NCBI GenBank assembly: GCA_049472355.1
Contig: JBLIRP010000022.1
Coordinates: forward strand, 1-44,021
Length of the DNA: 44,021 bases
Direction of reading: 5' to 3'
Origin: a bacterium
Lineage (GTDB): Bacteria; SZUA-182; DTGQ01; JAFGSM01
Positions 18,608 to 27,139 of this stretch are shown one piece after another. The position numbers and the translations under genes were made by a program. The notes under the pieces are model-generated. The model saw only the letters and a list, made by a program, of their open reading frames with translations. It was not told the origin of the DNA and ran no database searches. The number at the start of each line of letters is the position of its first letter. Within the stretch, counting starts at the first letter, position 1.

Positions 18608-19483
18608 ATGAGGGGCACCATACACACAAAACGGATCCTTCTTCTTTCGGCGTATACCGTTATCGCGTTTCTCATCTTCACGGTACTCTTGTTTCCCTCC
18701 GAGATGATCACCAGAAAAACCGAGTGGGCCCTCTCACGGCATTTTCCCGGCACGATCCGGATCAAGGATGTCTCCTTCATCCTCCCTGCACGGGTGCGGA
18801 TTCGGGGACTGGAGATGATCGTCCCCGCAGACGAGAAGCCCTTTTCCATCGTGATAGACCGAGCCGAAGCAGGGATCGATTTCCTCTCGCTGGTGAAGGG
18901 AAAGATCGGGATCAAGGGGAAACTGACCAAAGGAGAAGGAAGGATTCAGGTCTCCGTGAATCATAGGCTATGGGGGGCGCCTGCGCGACACCTCTCCGCC
19001 GCCTTAACCAATCTGGCCATTCAGGATTTCCCCGTGCTCTCCCAGCAGTTTGGAATCCATGTCACCGGCATCCTGCAGGGCGATCTGGACGTTGACTGGG
19101 TGGGAAAAGACATAATCAACAGCAACGGAACGTGGTCGTTCACCATCGACGAGGGACGAATGATCCCCAGGCAATTCCCTGCGTTCAGCTATACGTCGAT
19201 CACGGGAGAGGGTTCCATCACCGACCAGCACGTGGTGATCGACCGCGTCGAGGTCCAGGGGGATGATCTTTCCCTTAACGCCACCGGACGTGTGCGGCTC
19301 GCCTACCAGTTACAACAGATTTTTGTGGATACCCAGGTGGGCCTAAAGGTATTCCCCGGGCTGCGGCAGAGACTGGGCGGGTTTGCCACCCTCCTGCCCA
19401 CGCCGGATACCCACGGATTCATCAATCTCTTCATATCCGGTCCGCCGGGAGATCTCAGATTTTCATCACGGCGCCATCGTTGA
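18608..19483 (+). CDS. Type II secretion GspN-like / AsmA-like membrane-anchored beta protein
   Basis: N-terminal TM ending ..LLFP, beta-strand-rich body, C-terminal G.DL.L...G...L....and ISGP motifs typical of deltaproteobacterial GspN. Confidence 0.6.
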   Translation: MRGTIHTKRILLLSAYTVIAFLIFTVLLFPSEMITRKTEWALSRHFPGTIRIKDVSFILPARVRIRGLEMIVPADEKPFSIVIDRAEAGIDFLSLVKGKIGIKGKLTKGEGRIQVSVNHRLWGAPARHLSAALTNLAIQDFPVLSQQFGIHVTGILQGDLDVDWVGKDIINSNGTWSFTIDEGRMIPRQFPAFSYTSITGEGSITDQHVVIDRVEVQGDDLSLNATGRVRLAYQLQQIFVDTQVGLKVFPGLRQRLGGFATLLPTPDTHGFINLFISGPPGDLRFSSRRHR

Positions 19484-19544
19484 CTCCTCCCTATATTCCG
19501 GAATGAATTCAGCATGAAATGGGAGGGAAATCACCGGTGAATTA

Positions 19545-19573
19545 TTGACTTATACCAAAAAAGTTGCTATTTT
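19545..19573 (+). promoter_or_regulatory. Putative sigma70 promoter of the aminotransferase-serA operon
   Basis: TTGACT-17 nt-TATTTT with an extended -10 TG. Confidence 0.5.
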
Positions 19574-19639
19574 TTAATAATATTCCATCTGATCATACCT
19601 ACATCCCGAATCGTATCAATCCAGAAGGAGGTCATTACA

Positions 19640-20782
19640 ATGCAAAAAAAACTGCTCCTGTCGCCAGGTCCCACACCCGTTCCGTCCGAGGCCCTGCTTG
19701 CCATGGCACAGCCGATCGTCCACCACCGGACTCCGGAATTCACCGAAATACTCAATCAGGTCCAGGAGGGATTGAAATATCTGTTCCAGACGGAGCAGGA
19801 TGTCCTCGTCATCGCCGGCTCGGGCACTGCTGCGATGGAGGCCGCGGTCTCCAACATCCTCTCCCCGGGAGACACAGCCATCTGTATTCGGGGGGGGAAA
19901 TTCGGCGAGCGCTGGGCGGAGCTGTGCACCGCCTATGGCGTCAACACGATCAACATCGACGTGGAGTGGGGAAAGGCCCTTGATCCCAAGGTCCTGGAGG
20001 ACCACCTTTCCAAAAACACGGATGTCAAGGCCGTGTACACAACCATGAGCGAGACCTCCACCGGGGTAAGATTCGACATCGAGGCATTCGCCAGGATCGT
20101 TTCCCGGCACCCGGGGACCGTCCTGGTGGTGGATGCCATCACCGCGGTCGGTGTCATGGATGTGCCCATGGACAGATGGGGTGTCGACGTCCTGGTGTGC
20201 GGTTCCCAGAAGGCATTGATGCTCCCTCCGGGACTCGCCTTCATCAGCCTCAGTGAAAAGGCATGGAAGGCTGCCGAATCCTCCACCTGCCCCAAATACT
20301 ACCTCAATCTCAAAAAGGAGAAGAAGAACCTGGCCAAGGGGCAGACCGCATATACCCCTGCCGTATCCCTGATCGTGGGGCTGAATGAGACCCTCACCAT
20401 GATCAGGGAAGAGGGGCTCACCAATGTGTTCAAGCGCCACGCCACCCTGGCCGCGGCAACCCGTGCCGCATGCCAGGCCCTCGGCCTGAAGCTCCTGGCA
20501 AAGGACTCCCCTTCCGATGCGGTCACCGCGGTACTCGCCCCCGAAGGCACCGATGCCTCCCAGATCATCAAAAAGATGAAGGGGAAGTATGGGATGATCA
20601 TCGCCGGAGGCCAGGAGCACCTCAAGGGGAAGATCTTCCGCATCGCCCATCTGGGCTACTTTGACAAGAGCGACATATTCTCGGCCATCGCCCACCTGGA
20701 GCTCTCCCTGAAGGAGCTGGGAATCCCGGCAAAACCGGGAGCAGGCATCGCTGCTGCGGAACAGGTGTTTCTGGCCGAATAG
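19640..20782 (+). CDS. Class V PLP aminotransferase (alanine-glyoxylate/serine-pyruvate type, probable phosphoserine aminotransferase)
   Basis: PGPT, HHRT.EF, SGT.AME, ETSTG, VDA, GSQKALMLPPG and FRIAHLG. Directly upstream of serA. Confidence 0.92.
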   Translation: MQKKLLLSPGPTPVPSEALLAMAQPIVHHRTPEFTEILNQVQEGLKYLFQTEQDVLVIAGSGTAAMEAAVSNILSPGDTAICIRGGKFGERWAELCTAYGVNTINIDVEWGKALDPKVLEDHLSKNTDVKAVYTTMSETSTGVRFDIEAFARIVSRHPGTVLVVDAITAVGVMDVPMDRWGVDVLVCGSQKALMLPPGLAFISLSEKAWKAAESSTCPKYYLNLKKEKKNLAKGQTAYTPAVSLIVGLNETLTMIREEGLTNVFKRHATLAAATRAACQALGLKLLAKDSPSDAVTAVLAPEGTDASQIIKKMKGKYGMIIAGGQEHLKGKIFRIAHLGYFDKSDIFSAIAHLELSLKELGIPAKPGAGIAAAEQVFLAE

Positions 20783-20808
20783 ATTGATAAAAACAGGAGG
20801 AACGAGCA

Positions 20809-22392
20809 ATGAAGGTCCTTGTCAGTGACAAGCTTTCGCCCAAGGGCGTAAAGGTGTTCGAGGAAACGGAGGGCATCCAGGTGGATGTCAAAACCGGCAT
20901 GACCCCTGAGGAGTTGATCGCCTGCATTCCGGAATACGATGCGCTGGTGGTGCGCAGCGCCACCAAGGTCACCCCCCAGGTGATCGAGGCGGCAAAAAAC
21001 CTGAAGGTGATCGGCCGGGCAGGAAGCGGGGTGGACAATATCGACCTGCCGGCTGCCACAAAACATGGGATTGTGGTTATGAACACGCCCGGCGGGAACA
21101 CCATCACCACCGCAGAGCATGCCGTCTCCATGCTCCTTGCCCTGTGCCGTCATATACCACAGGCGGACGCCTCCATGAAGCAGAAGAAATGGGAGAAGAA
21201 GAAGTTCATGGGCACCGAATACTTCGGCAAGACCCTCGGTGTCCTCGGGCTCGGCAAGATCGGCACCGAGGTGGCCAAACGGGCACGGGGATTGATGATG
21301 AAGGTGATCGCTTACGACCCCTTTATCTCCGCCGATGCCGCCCAGAGGCTGGAGGTGGAGCTGGTCGGCATGGAGGACCTCTTCAGGCGCGCCGATTTCA
21401 TTACCGTCCATACCCCGAAGAGCCCGGAGACCATGAACCTCATCAATGCCAAGACCATTGCCTTGATGAAGGACGGGGTGAAGATCGTCAACTGCGCACG
21501 CGGGGGTATTGTGAACGAGCAGGATCTGGCTGACGCCGTCAAGAAGGGAAAGGTCTCAGGGGCCGCTCTGGACGTCTTTTCCCAGGAGCCACCCGCTGAG
21601 GACAACCCCCTCCTCGGCCTCCCCCAGGTCATCATGACCCCCCACCTCGGGGCATCAACGGAAGAGGCCCAGGACAAGGTTGCGGTGGACATCGCCTATC
21701 AGATCGTTGACATGCTCAAGAACAGCACCGTGTGCAATGCGGTGAACGCCCCCTGCGTGGCCAAGGAGGTCCTTGCAAACATCAAGCCCTATATCACCCT
21801 CGCGGAGAGGATGGGAAGCATCGCGTGCCAGATCGCCGAGGGACGGATGAACGAGTTCCTGGTAAGCTACAGCGGGGAGGTGCTCAACAATGACCTGGCA
21901 CCGATCACCATGGCGGCGATCAAGGGGCTTTTGAGCCCCATTCTCCACGAGGAGGTGAATGATGTCAACGCCATGCTCGTTGCCAAGGACAGGGGGATAA
22001 AGGTCGATGAGATAAAGGAGAGCGTCACCGGGGCGTATTCGAGTCTCGTATCCATCACGCTCGTCACCGACAAGGGTAAGGCCTCCATCGCCGGCACCCT
22101 TTTCAACCGCATCGAGCCACGGATCGTGGAGATGAACGGCTTCGACATCGAGATCGTGCCCGCCGAGAATATGCTCGTCTTTTCAAACATCGACAAGCCG
22201 GGATTGATCGGGAGCATCGGCATGACCCTGGGGGAGTACCATGTCAACATTGCAGGGATGCAGTTCGGCAGGGCGAAACCGGGCGGCGATGCAGTATCCG
22301 TCCTGAGCGTGGACAGCCGGGTGAGCGAGGAGTTGCTCACCGTACTGGGCAAACTCCCCAACGTGGTGAGCGTCAAATCGGTGCGGCTCTAA
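20809..22392 (+). CDS. serA: D-3-phosphoglycerate dehydrogenase
   Basis: VRSATKV, RAGSGVDNID, GLGKIG, NCARGG, TPHLGAST.EAQ, plus ASB and ACT domains. Confidence 0.97.
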   Translation: MKVLVSDKLSPKGVKVFEETEGIQVDVKTGMTPEELIACIPEYDALVVRSATKVTPQVIEAAKNLKVIGRAGSGVDNIDLPAATKHGIVVMNTPGGNTITTAEHAVSMLLALCRHIPQADASMKQKKWEKKKFMGTEYFGKTLGVLGLGKIGTEVAKRARGLMMKVIAYDPFISADAAQRLEVELVGMEDLFRRADFITVHTPKSPETMNLINAKTIALMKDGVKIVNCARGGIVNEQDLADAVKKGKVSGAALDVFSQEPPAEDNPLLGLPQVIMTPHLGASTEEAQDKVAVDIAYQIVDMLKNSTVCNAVNAPCVAKEVLANIKPYITLAERMGSIACQIAEGRMNEFLVSYSGEVLNNDLAPITMAAIKGLLSPILHEEVNDVNAMLVAKDRGIKVDEIKESVTGAYSSLVSITLVTDKGKASIAGTLFNRIEPRIVEMNGFDIEIVPAENMLVFSNIDKPGLIGSIGMTLGEYHVNIAGMQFGRAKPGGDAVSVLSVDSRVSEELLTVLGKLPNVVSVKSVRL

Positions 22393-24263
22393 GGGCGTTT
22401 TCCGGCAGATCTGCCTTTGAGGAACACCATAAGGATGGAGAGCCCTGCAGGGGTCATGCCCGGTATGCGTGATGCCTGGGCAAGAGAGAGGGGCTGGATG
22501 CGCGCAAGCTTCTCCCGCACCTCGTGAGACAATCCGGGGACTTCACTGTATTCAATCCCCTGGGGGATCCGTATTCGGTCCAACTCCTTGAAGTGTTTGA
22601 TATCCTGGAGCTGCTTTTTGATATAGCCGTCGTACTTGAGCTGGATCTCCACCTGGCGTGACACCCGGGGCTCGGACGAAGGCCACTCCGGGTCCAACCG
22701 CTCCATGGTACGGGCATCCACACCCGGTCTTTTGAGGATACCGGCGAGGGTGCACGCCTCGTCGATGGGGGTGGTGTCGGCCTCCGCCAGCACCCGGTTG
22801 ACCGCATCCGAGGGCTTCAGCACGGTGCGTTCGAGGCGGCTGATATGCGCGTCGATCCGCCGTTTTTCATCGCAGAGCCCATGGTAGGTCACATCGTCCA
22901 TGAGGCCCAACTCCCTGGCCCTGTCCATGAGCCGGTATACAGCATTGTCCTCCCGCAGGAGGAGCCTGTACTCCGCCCGCGAGGTGAACATCCGATAGGG
23001 TTCGTCCGTTCCCCTCGTGATCAGGTCATCCACCATCACCCCCATGTATGCCTCGGAACGATCCAGCACAAAGGGAGGCCTCCCCTGCACCTTCAGGGCC
23101 GCATTGATTCCCGCCCACAGGCCCTGTGCCGCTGCCTCCTCATATCCGGACGTGCCGTTTACCTGTCCTGCCAGATAGAGGCCGGAGACCGGCCGCGTTT
23201 CCAGGGTGGGCAGGAGCTGATTCGGCTGGGCATAGTCGTACTCGATGGCATAGGAATGGCGCATGATCTCCGCCTCCTCCAGTCCCTTCACCGACCTCAC
23301 GAGCTTCCACTGGATATCGGGGGGCAGGCTGTTTCCCAGGCCGCTCGCATACATCTCCTCCGTATCCAGCCCCTCCGGTTGCAGGATTACCTGGTGGGAC
23401 TCGCGTTCGGGGAACTTCATCACCTTGTCCTCCAGGGAGGGACAATACCGGGCAGGGGTGCCTGTAATCGCCCCGCTGTACAGGGGTGACAGGTGGATAT
23501 GCCCCCTGATCAGCGCGTGGGTCCGCTCGTTCGTGGCGGTTATGGCGCAGGAAAGCTGTGGGAGGACGAGCCCGCCCGTCCGTGATGAGAAAAACCGCGG
23601 GACCTCATCACCATCCTGCCTTTGCATGGAGTCAAAATCGATGGTGGAGCGTTTCAGCCGCGCAGGGGTCCCGGTCTTGAGGCGTCCCATGCGGAAGCCC
23701 AGGCCCCTCAGGTCGTCTGCAAGCGACTCGGAGGAGAATTCCCCGGCCCTTCCCGCAGGAAACCTTCGATTCCCCACGTGAATCAAACCGTGTAAAAAGG
23801 TTCCTGTGGCGATCACCACGGCACCGGCCTTGTACTGATTGCCCAGATTGTCCTCCAGGCCGCACACCCTCCCCTCCTCCACCACCAGCCTTTCCACCAT
23901 GGCCTGCCTGACATCCAGATTGGCCTGCCCCTCCAGAATCCCCTTGACAGCGGTATGGTAGCCGAGCTTGTCGTTCTGGGTGCGCGTCCCCTGTACCGCA
24001 GGGCCCTTGCTGGTATTGAGAACCCGAAACTGCAAAGCGGTGCTGTCGGCGACCATTCCCATTACCCCACCCAGCGCGTCGATCTCCTTTACCAGGTGGC
24101 CTTTACCCAGGCCGCCGATGGAGGGACTGCAGGGCATGGCGGCGATGGTATCCAAATTGATGGTGAGCAGGAGGGTCCTGCATCCCAGGCGGGCGGAGGC
24201 CAGGGATGCCTCCACCCCTGCATGCCCGCCTCCGACCACGATGACATCATAGTTATACATCAT
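22389..24263 (-). CDS. mnmG: tRNA uridine-5-carboxymethylaminomethyl(34) synthesis enzyme MnmG (GidA)
   Basis: VVGGGHAG.EA, SKGPAV, RLKTGT, RYCPSLE, AGQVNGTSGYEEAAAQG and PYRMFTSRAE. Start trimmed to MMYNYDV. Confidence 0.97.
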   Translation of the reverse strand: MMYNYDVIVVGGGHAGVEASLASARLGCRTLLLTINLDTIAAMPCSPSIGGLGKGHLVKEIDALGGVMGMVADSTALQFRVLNTSKGPAVQGTRTQNDKLGYHTAVKGILEGQANLDVRQAMVERLVVEEGRVCGLEDNLGNQYKAGAVVIATGTFLHGLIHVGNRRFPAGRAGEFSSESLADDLRGLGFRMGRLKTGTPARLKRSTIDFDSMQRQDGDEVPRFFSSRTGGLVLPQLSCAITATNERTHALIRGHIHLSPLYSGAITGTPARYCPSLEDKVMKFPERESHQVILQPEGLDTEEMYASGLGNSLPPDIQWKLVRSVKGLEEAEIMRHSYAIEYDYAQPNQLLPTLETRPVSGLYLAGQVNGTSGYEEAAAQGLWAGINAALKVQGRPPFVLDRSEAYMGVMVDDLITRGTDEPYRMFTSRAEYRLLLREDNAVYRLMDRARELGLMDDVTYHGLCDEKRRIDAHISRLERTVLKPSDAVNRVLAEADTTPIDEACTLAGILKRPGVDARTMERLDPEWPSSEPRVSRQVEIQLKYDGYIKKQLQDIKHFKELDRIRIPQGIEYSEVPGLSHEVREKLARIQPLSLAQASRIPGMTPAGLSILMVFLKGRSAGKRP

Positions 24264-24301
24264 AGATCTCACGCACTCATCGAGGATTTGCTGTACGATG
24301 G

Positions 24302-24430
24302 AACACCCATGGGCCCTCGGTCCACCAAGAGACATGAAAACGAACCATAGGAATCTTCACACATAACATCCATGAATCTCATGATTCACAAGGGATTATG
24401 AAAATACCCACGATGGATTTTCACATGAAA
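24302..24430. repeat. Family B REP-like element, two tandem copies (first more degenerate)
   Basis: 24365-24430 has TGAATC-TCAT-GATTCA and TGAAAAT-N11-ATTTTCA. 24302-24364 has CATGGGCCCTCGGTCCACCAAGAGACATGAAAA. Both align to 1737-1801. Confidence 0.65.
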
Positions 24431-24693
24431 GGGTGAAACCGTAATCATTGAAACAACTTAGTCAATAATACCATGCCCCTGCAACAGCCGTCAAAGATCC
24501 GTTTGCATCGACCGATTCCGATTTTGAAACGTTTAAACAGTTGCACATCTTTTAGGCTCGCTCCGCTTCGATTGCAAAATCAATAAAAAGCCTCTCCATA
24601 CCACTCCGTAACCATGCCTGCCCAAAGGATTGCACCACCAAAAATGAATTGCGGCCGTTATCCCGTATCCCCTGATTGTTGTATAATAGGTGC

Positions 24694-25632
24694 ATGCCCG
24701 GCATGAGGAATCCCTTTGAGGGAAAACGGAAACGATATAACGATTTCAACGGCTTTCTGAGGAGGACCTTCGGGGGCAGGGTCCACAAGATCGCCCTCGA
24801 TGCCGGATTGGGATGCCCCAACCGCGACGGGACCGTTTCCTCAACAGGGTGCATATACTGCAACGATCGGGGATCGGGCACCGGGGCATGGCAACAGGGG
24901 CTTTCCGTCAGGGAACAGATTTTACAGGCACAGACATACCTGAGAAAGCGTTTCAAGGCGGAGAAATTTCTCGCCTATTTTCAATCGTTTTCAAACACCT
25001 ATGCGCCTCACGAAAGGCTTGAGGCACTGTACCGGGAGGCGTTGAAACCCGATGACATGGTCGGGCTCTGCATCGGCACGAGACCCGACTGTGTCCCCGA
25101 GGACACCCTCAGCATGATTCAGGGCTTTACCGGGGCATACATGGTCTGGCTGGAATACGGACTCCAGTCCTTCCATGATCGCACCCTTGCCCTCATCAAC
25201 AGGGGGCACACGGTGGATGCATTCCTGGATGCGGTCCGGAGGACGAGAACCAGGGGGATCAATGTGTGCGTGCATGTCATACTCGGGCTCCCCGGAGAGG
25301 ACAGAGGGGATATGCTCGAAACCGCGAATCGCCTCTCCATGCTCGACATCCAGGGGATCAAGATCCACCTGCTCTATGTGGTCAAAGGCACCCCCCTCGC
25401 ACGCCTCTATGAGAGGGGGGAATATACCTGTCTCACCAGGGAGGAATACGTGGATATCCTCGTCTCCTTCCTCGCCCGTCTTCGCCCTGACATCGTCATC
25501 CAGAGGTTGACCGGCGATCCCCATCCGGAGGAGCTCCTGGCGCCCTCCTGGGCACTTGACAAGGGGAAGGTCCTCGCCCTCATCCACGATAGAATGGAAC
25601 AAGAGGATACGTGGCAGGGAAAGAACCATTAA
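24694..25632 (+). CDS. TIGR01212 (YhcC/YtqA) family radical SAM protein
   Basis: DAG..CPNRDG.....GCIYC, YFQSFSNTY, IGTRPDC, LEYGLQS, HVILGLPGE and QRLTGD. Exact start uncertain. Confidence 0.93.
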   Translation: MPGMRNPFEGKRKRYNDFNGFLRRTFGGRVHKIALDAGLGCPNRDGTVSSTGCIYCNDRGSGTGAWQQGLSVREQILQAQTYLRKRFKAEKFLAYFQSFSNTYAPHERLEALYREALKPDDMVGLCIGTRPDCVPEDTLSMIQGFTGAYMVWLEYGLQSFHDRTLALINRGHTVDAFLDAVRRTRTRGINVCVHVILGLPGEDRGDMLETANRLSMLDIQGIKIHLLYVVKGTPLARLYERGEYTCLTREEYVDILVSFLARLRPDIVIQRLTGDPHPEELLAPSWALDKGKVLALIHDRMEQEDTWQGKNH

Positions 25633-25639
25633 GTACCCG

Positions 25640-26404
25640 TCAGATGAGGGTCAGGCTGAACACCCCTCTATCCACGACAGGGCCGCCGAATCCTATCGAT
25701 TCCGAATACGTTCCGGTCATGGTGGTGGGGGAGGTAAGGGTACAGCTCATGACAACGGTGAATCCCCCGGCCCCGATAACCCCCTGCAATTCGAAAAGGG
25801 GCGTGCCGGTCAGCGCCCCCTGCACATCAAAGAGGGTGTTCGCAAAACGGCTCCCCTCCAGGATACAGGTGCCGCTGATGGTATTGAGGGTAGGATTTTC
25901 AACGAGGGTCATCGTCATGGTGCCGGAATTAAACAGGATGATAAAGGCAACGAAGGTGCTCTGCCATGTGCCGATCCAGGTCCCCGCCTGTGCCGCCATG
26001 CGCATGGGCAGAGGCGCGGCGAGGGACAAAGAGGCCTGGCTCAGCGACACCGGGGACAGCATGGGTAGCGAGAAGGGGACCTGTGGCAGCGTTAACGACG
26101 TGAGCCCGGAGAAGCCTCCTGGAAAAGAGAACGGCAGGCTGAATCGTGCAGCAAGCGGATTGAACGAGGAATACAGGGAACCGGTATTGAAGCCGTAGCC
26201 AAAGGGATTGAACCGGAACAGCGGAGAACCCGGTCCCCACGATTGATACCCCCATGAAGTCAGCGGTGCAAGCGTGGAGACGAGCGGATTAAAGGTGATG
26301 CCGGAAAGCTGGGCCGCCCCCGGAGACGGGCTGAGGACGGTGAGGAACACGAGGACTGAAAAAATGATACAAACGATGAGAATTTCTTGAACTTTCTTAT
26401 ACAT
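25640..26404 (-). CDS. Secreted protein with F/P/L/S-rich region and C-terminal putative beta-barrel domain
   Basis: GAGGTGA RBS. Signal peptide ending GAA|Q. Low-complexity linker, then a domain starting AGTWIGTWQS. Confidence 0.8.
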   Translation of the reverse strand: MYKKVQEILIVCIIFSVLVFLTVLSPSPGAAQLSGITFNPLVSTLAPLTSWGYQSWGPGSPLFRFNPFGYGFNTGSLYSSFNPLAARFSLPFSFPGGFSGLTSLTLPQVPFSLPMLSPVSLSQASLSLAAPLPMRMAAQAGTWIGTWQSTFVAFIILFNSGTMTMTLVENPTLNTISGTCILEGSRFANTLFDVQGALTGTPLFELQGVIGAGGFTVVMSCTLTSPTTMTGTYSESIGFGGPVVDRGVFSLTLI

Positions 26405-26829
26405 GGTGAACTCACCTCTCTACTGAGCTGTTGATCCTCTTATGACCATCCTCCTCCACCATTATCCTCCATAACGAACAGGCCTATGAGAGCACAGTGG
26501 GACGACCGAACAGGGCAGTATCGACGCGTCCCTGCATTGAAGGAGATGTCAGGTGAAGGGATTGCCGGAAAACTGCTTTTATATGCCGATGCCGTTCAGC
26601 AGGTGAATCGCATGGTAAACGGCGCTGCTAAGTACAAAAAAATCCGCCGATACTACTCCTATTTCAATAATTGTTCATACTCAAAACACTTTATATTAAT
26701 TTTACAATAGCGTATAATTTTTTTCAACCGCCCTGCCAAAACGTATCCGCAGAAGCAACCCTGTCCGCCGGATTAACAGTTCAAAAAAAAGAATTACTGC
26801 TGCCGTGCCGGCCGGATTAACAGACCGGG

Positions 26830-26858
26830 TTGACAGCAATCGTTAAAAAATGGATAAT
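26830..26858 (+). promoter_or_regulatory. Near-consensus sigma70 promoter with no convincing downstream CDS
   Basis: TTGACA-17 nt-GATAAT, preceded by two GCCGGATTAACAG direct repeats (26767, 26811). Confidence 0.5.
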
Positions 26859-27139
26859 GGGTATACTTTTATTTTTTTGTTTTATGTGTGTTTGTTCTCA
26901 CGAACCACGGTTGTCTTGAAAATGCCGAAGTTATGATGGATACGATTCCTGCCTTATGCACCGGTGTTTTTCACAGGAACGGAAAGGCCTTTCAGGTAGG
27001 GACTGTTTGGCACGAAGGGAATGAGGGAAACAATACCCTTTTTGTTTACCCCGATTCCGTGTACACACCATAAATAGGGAGGGCCCCTATGTCCAGTGCA
27101 GAAGACGCTTCGTTGCTCTCGTTCTACTATAGCTCCCAG

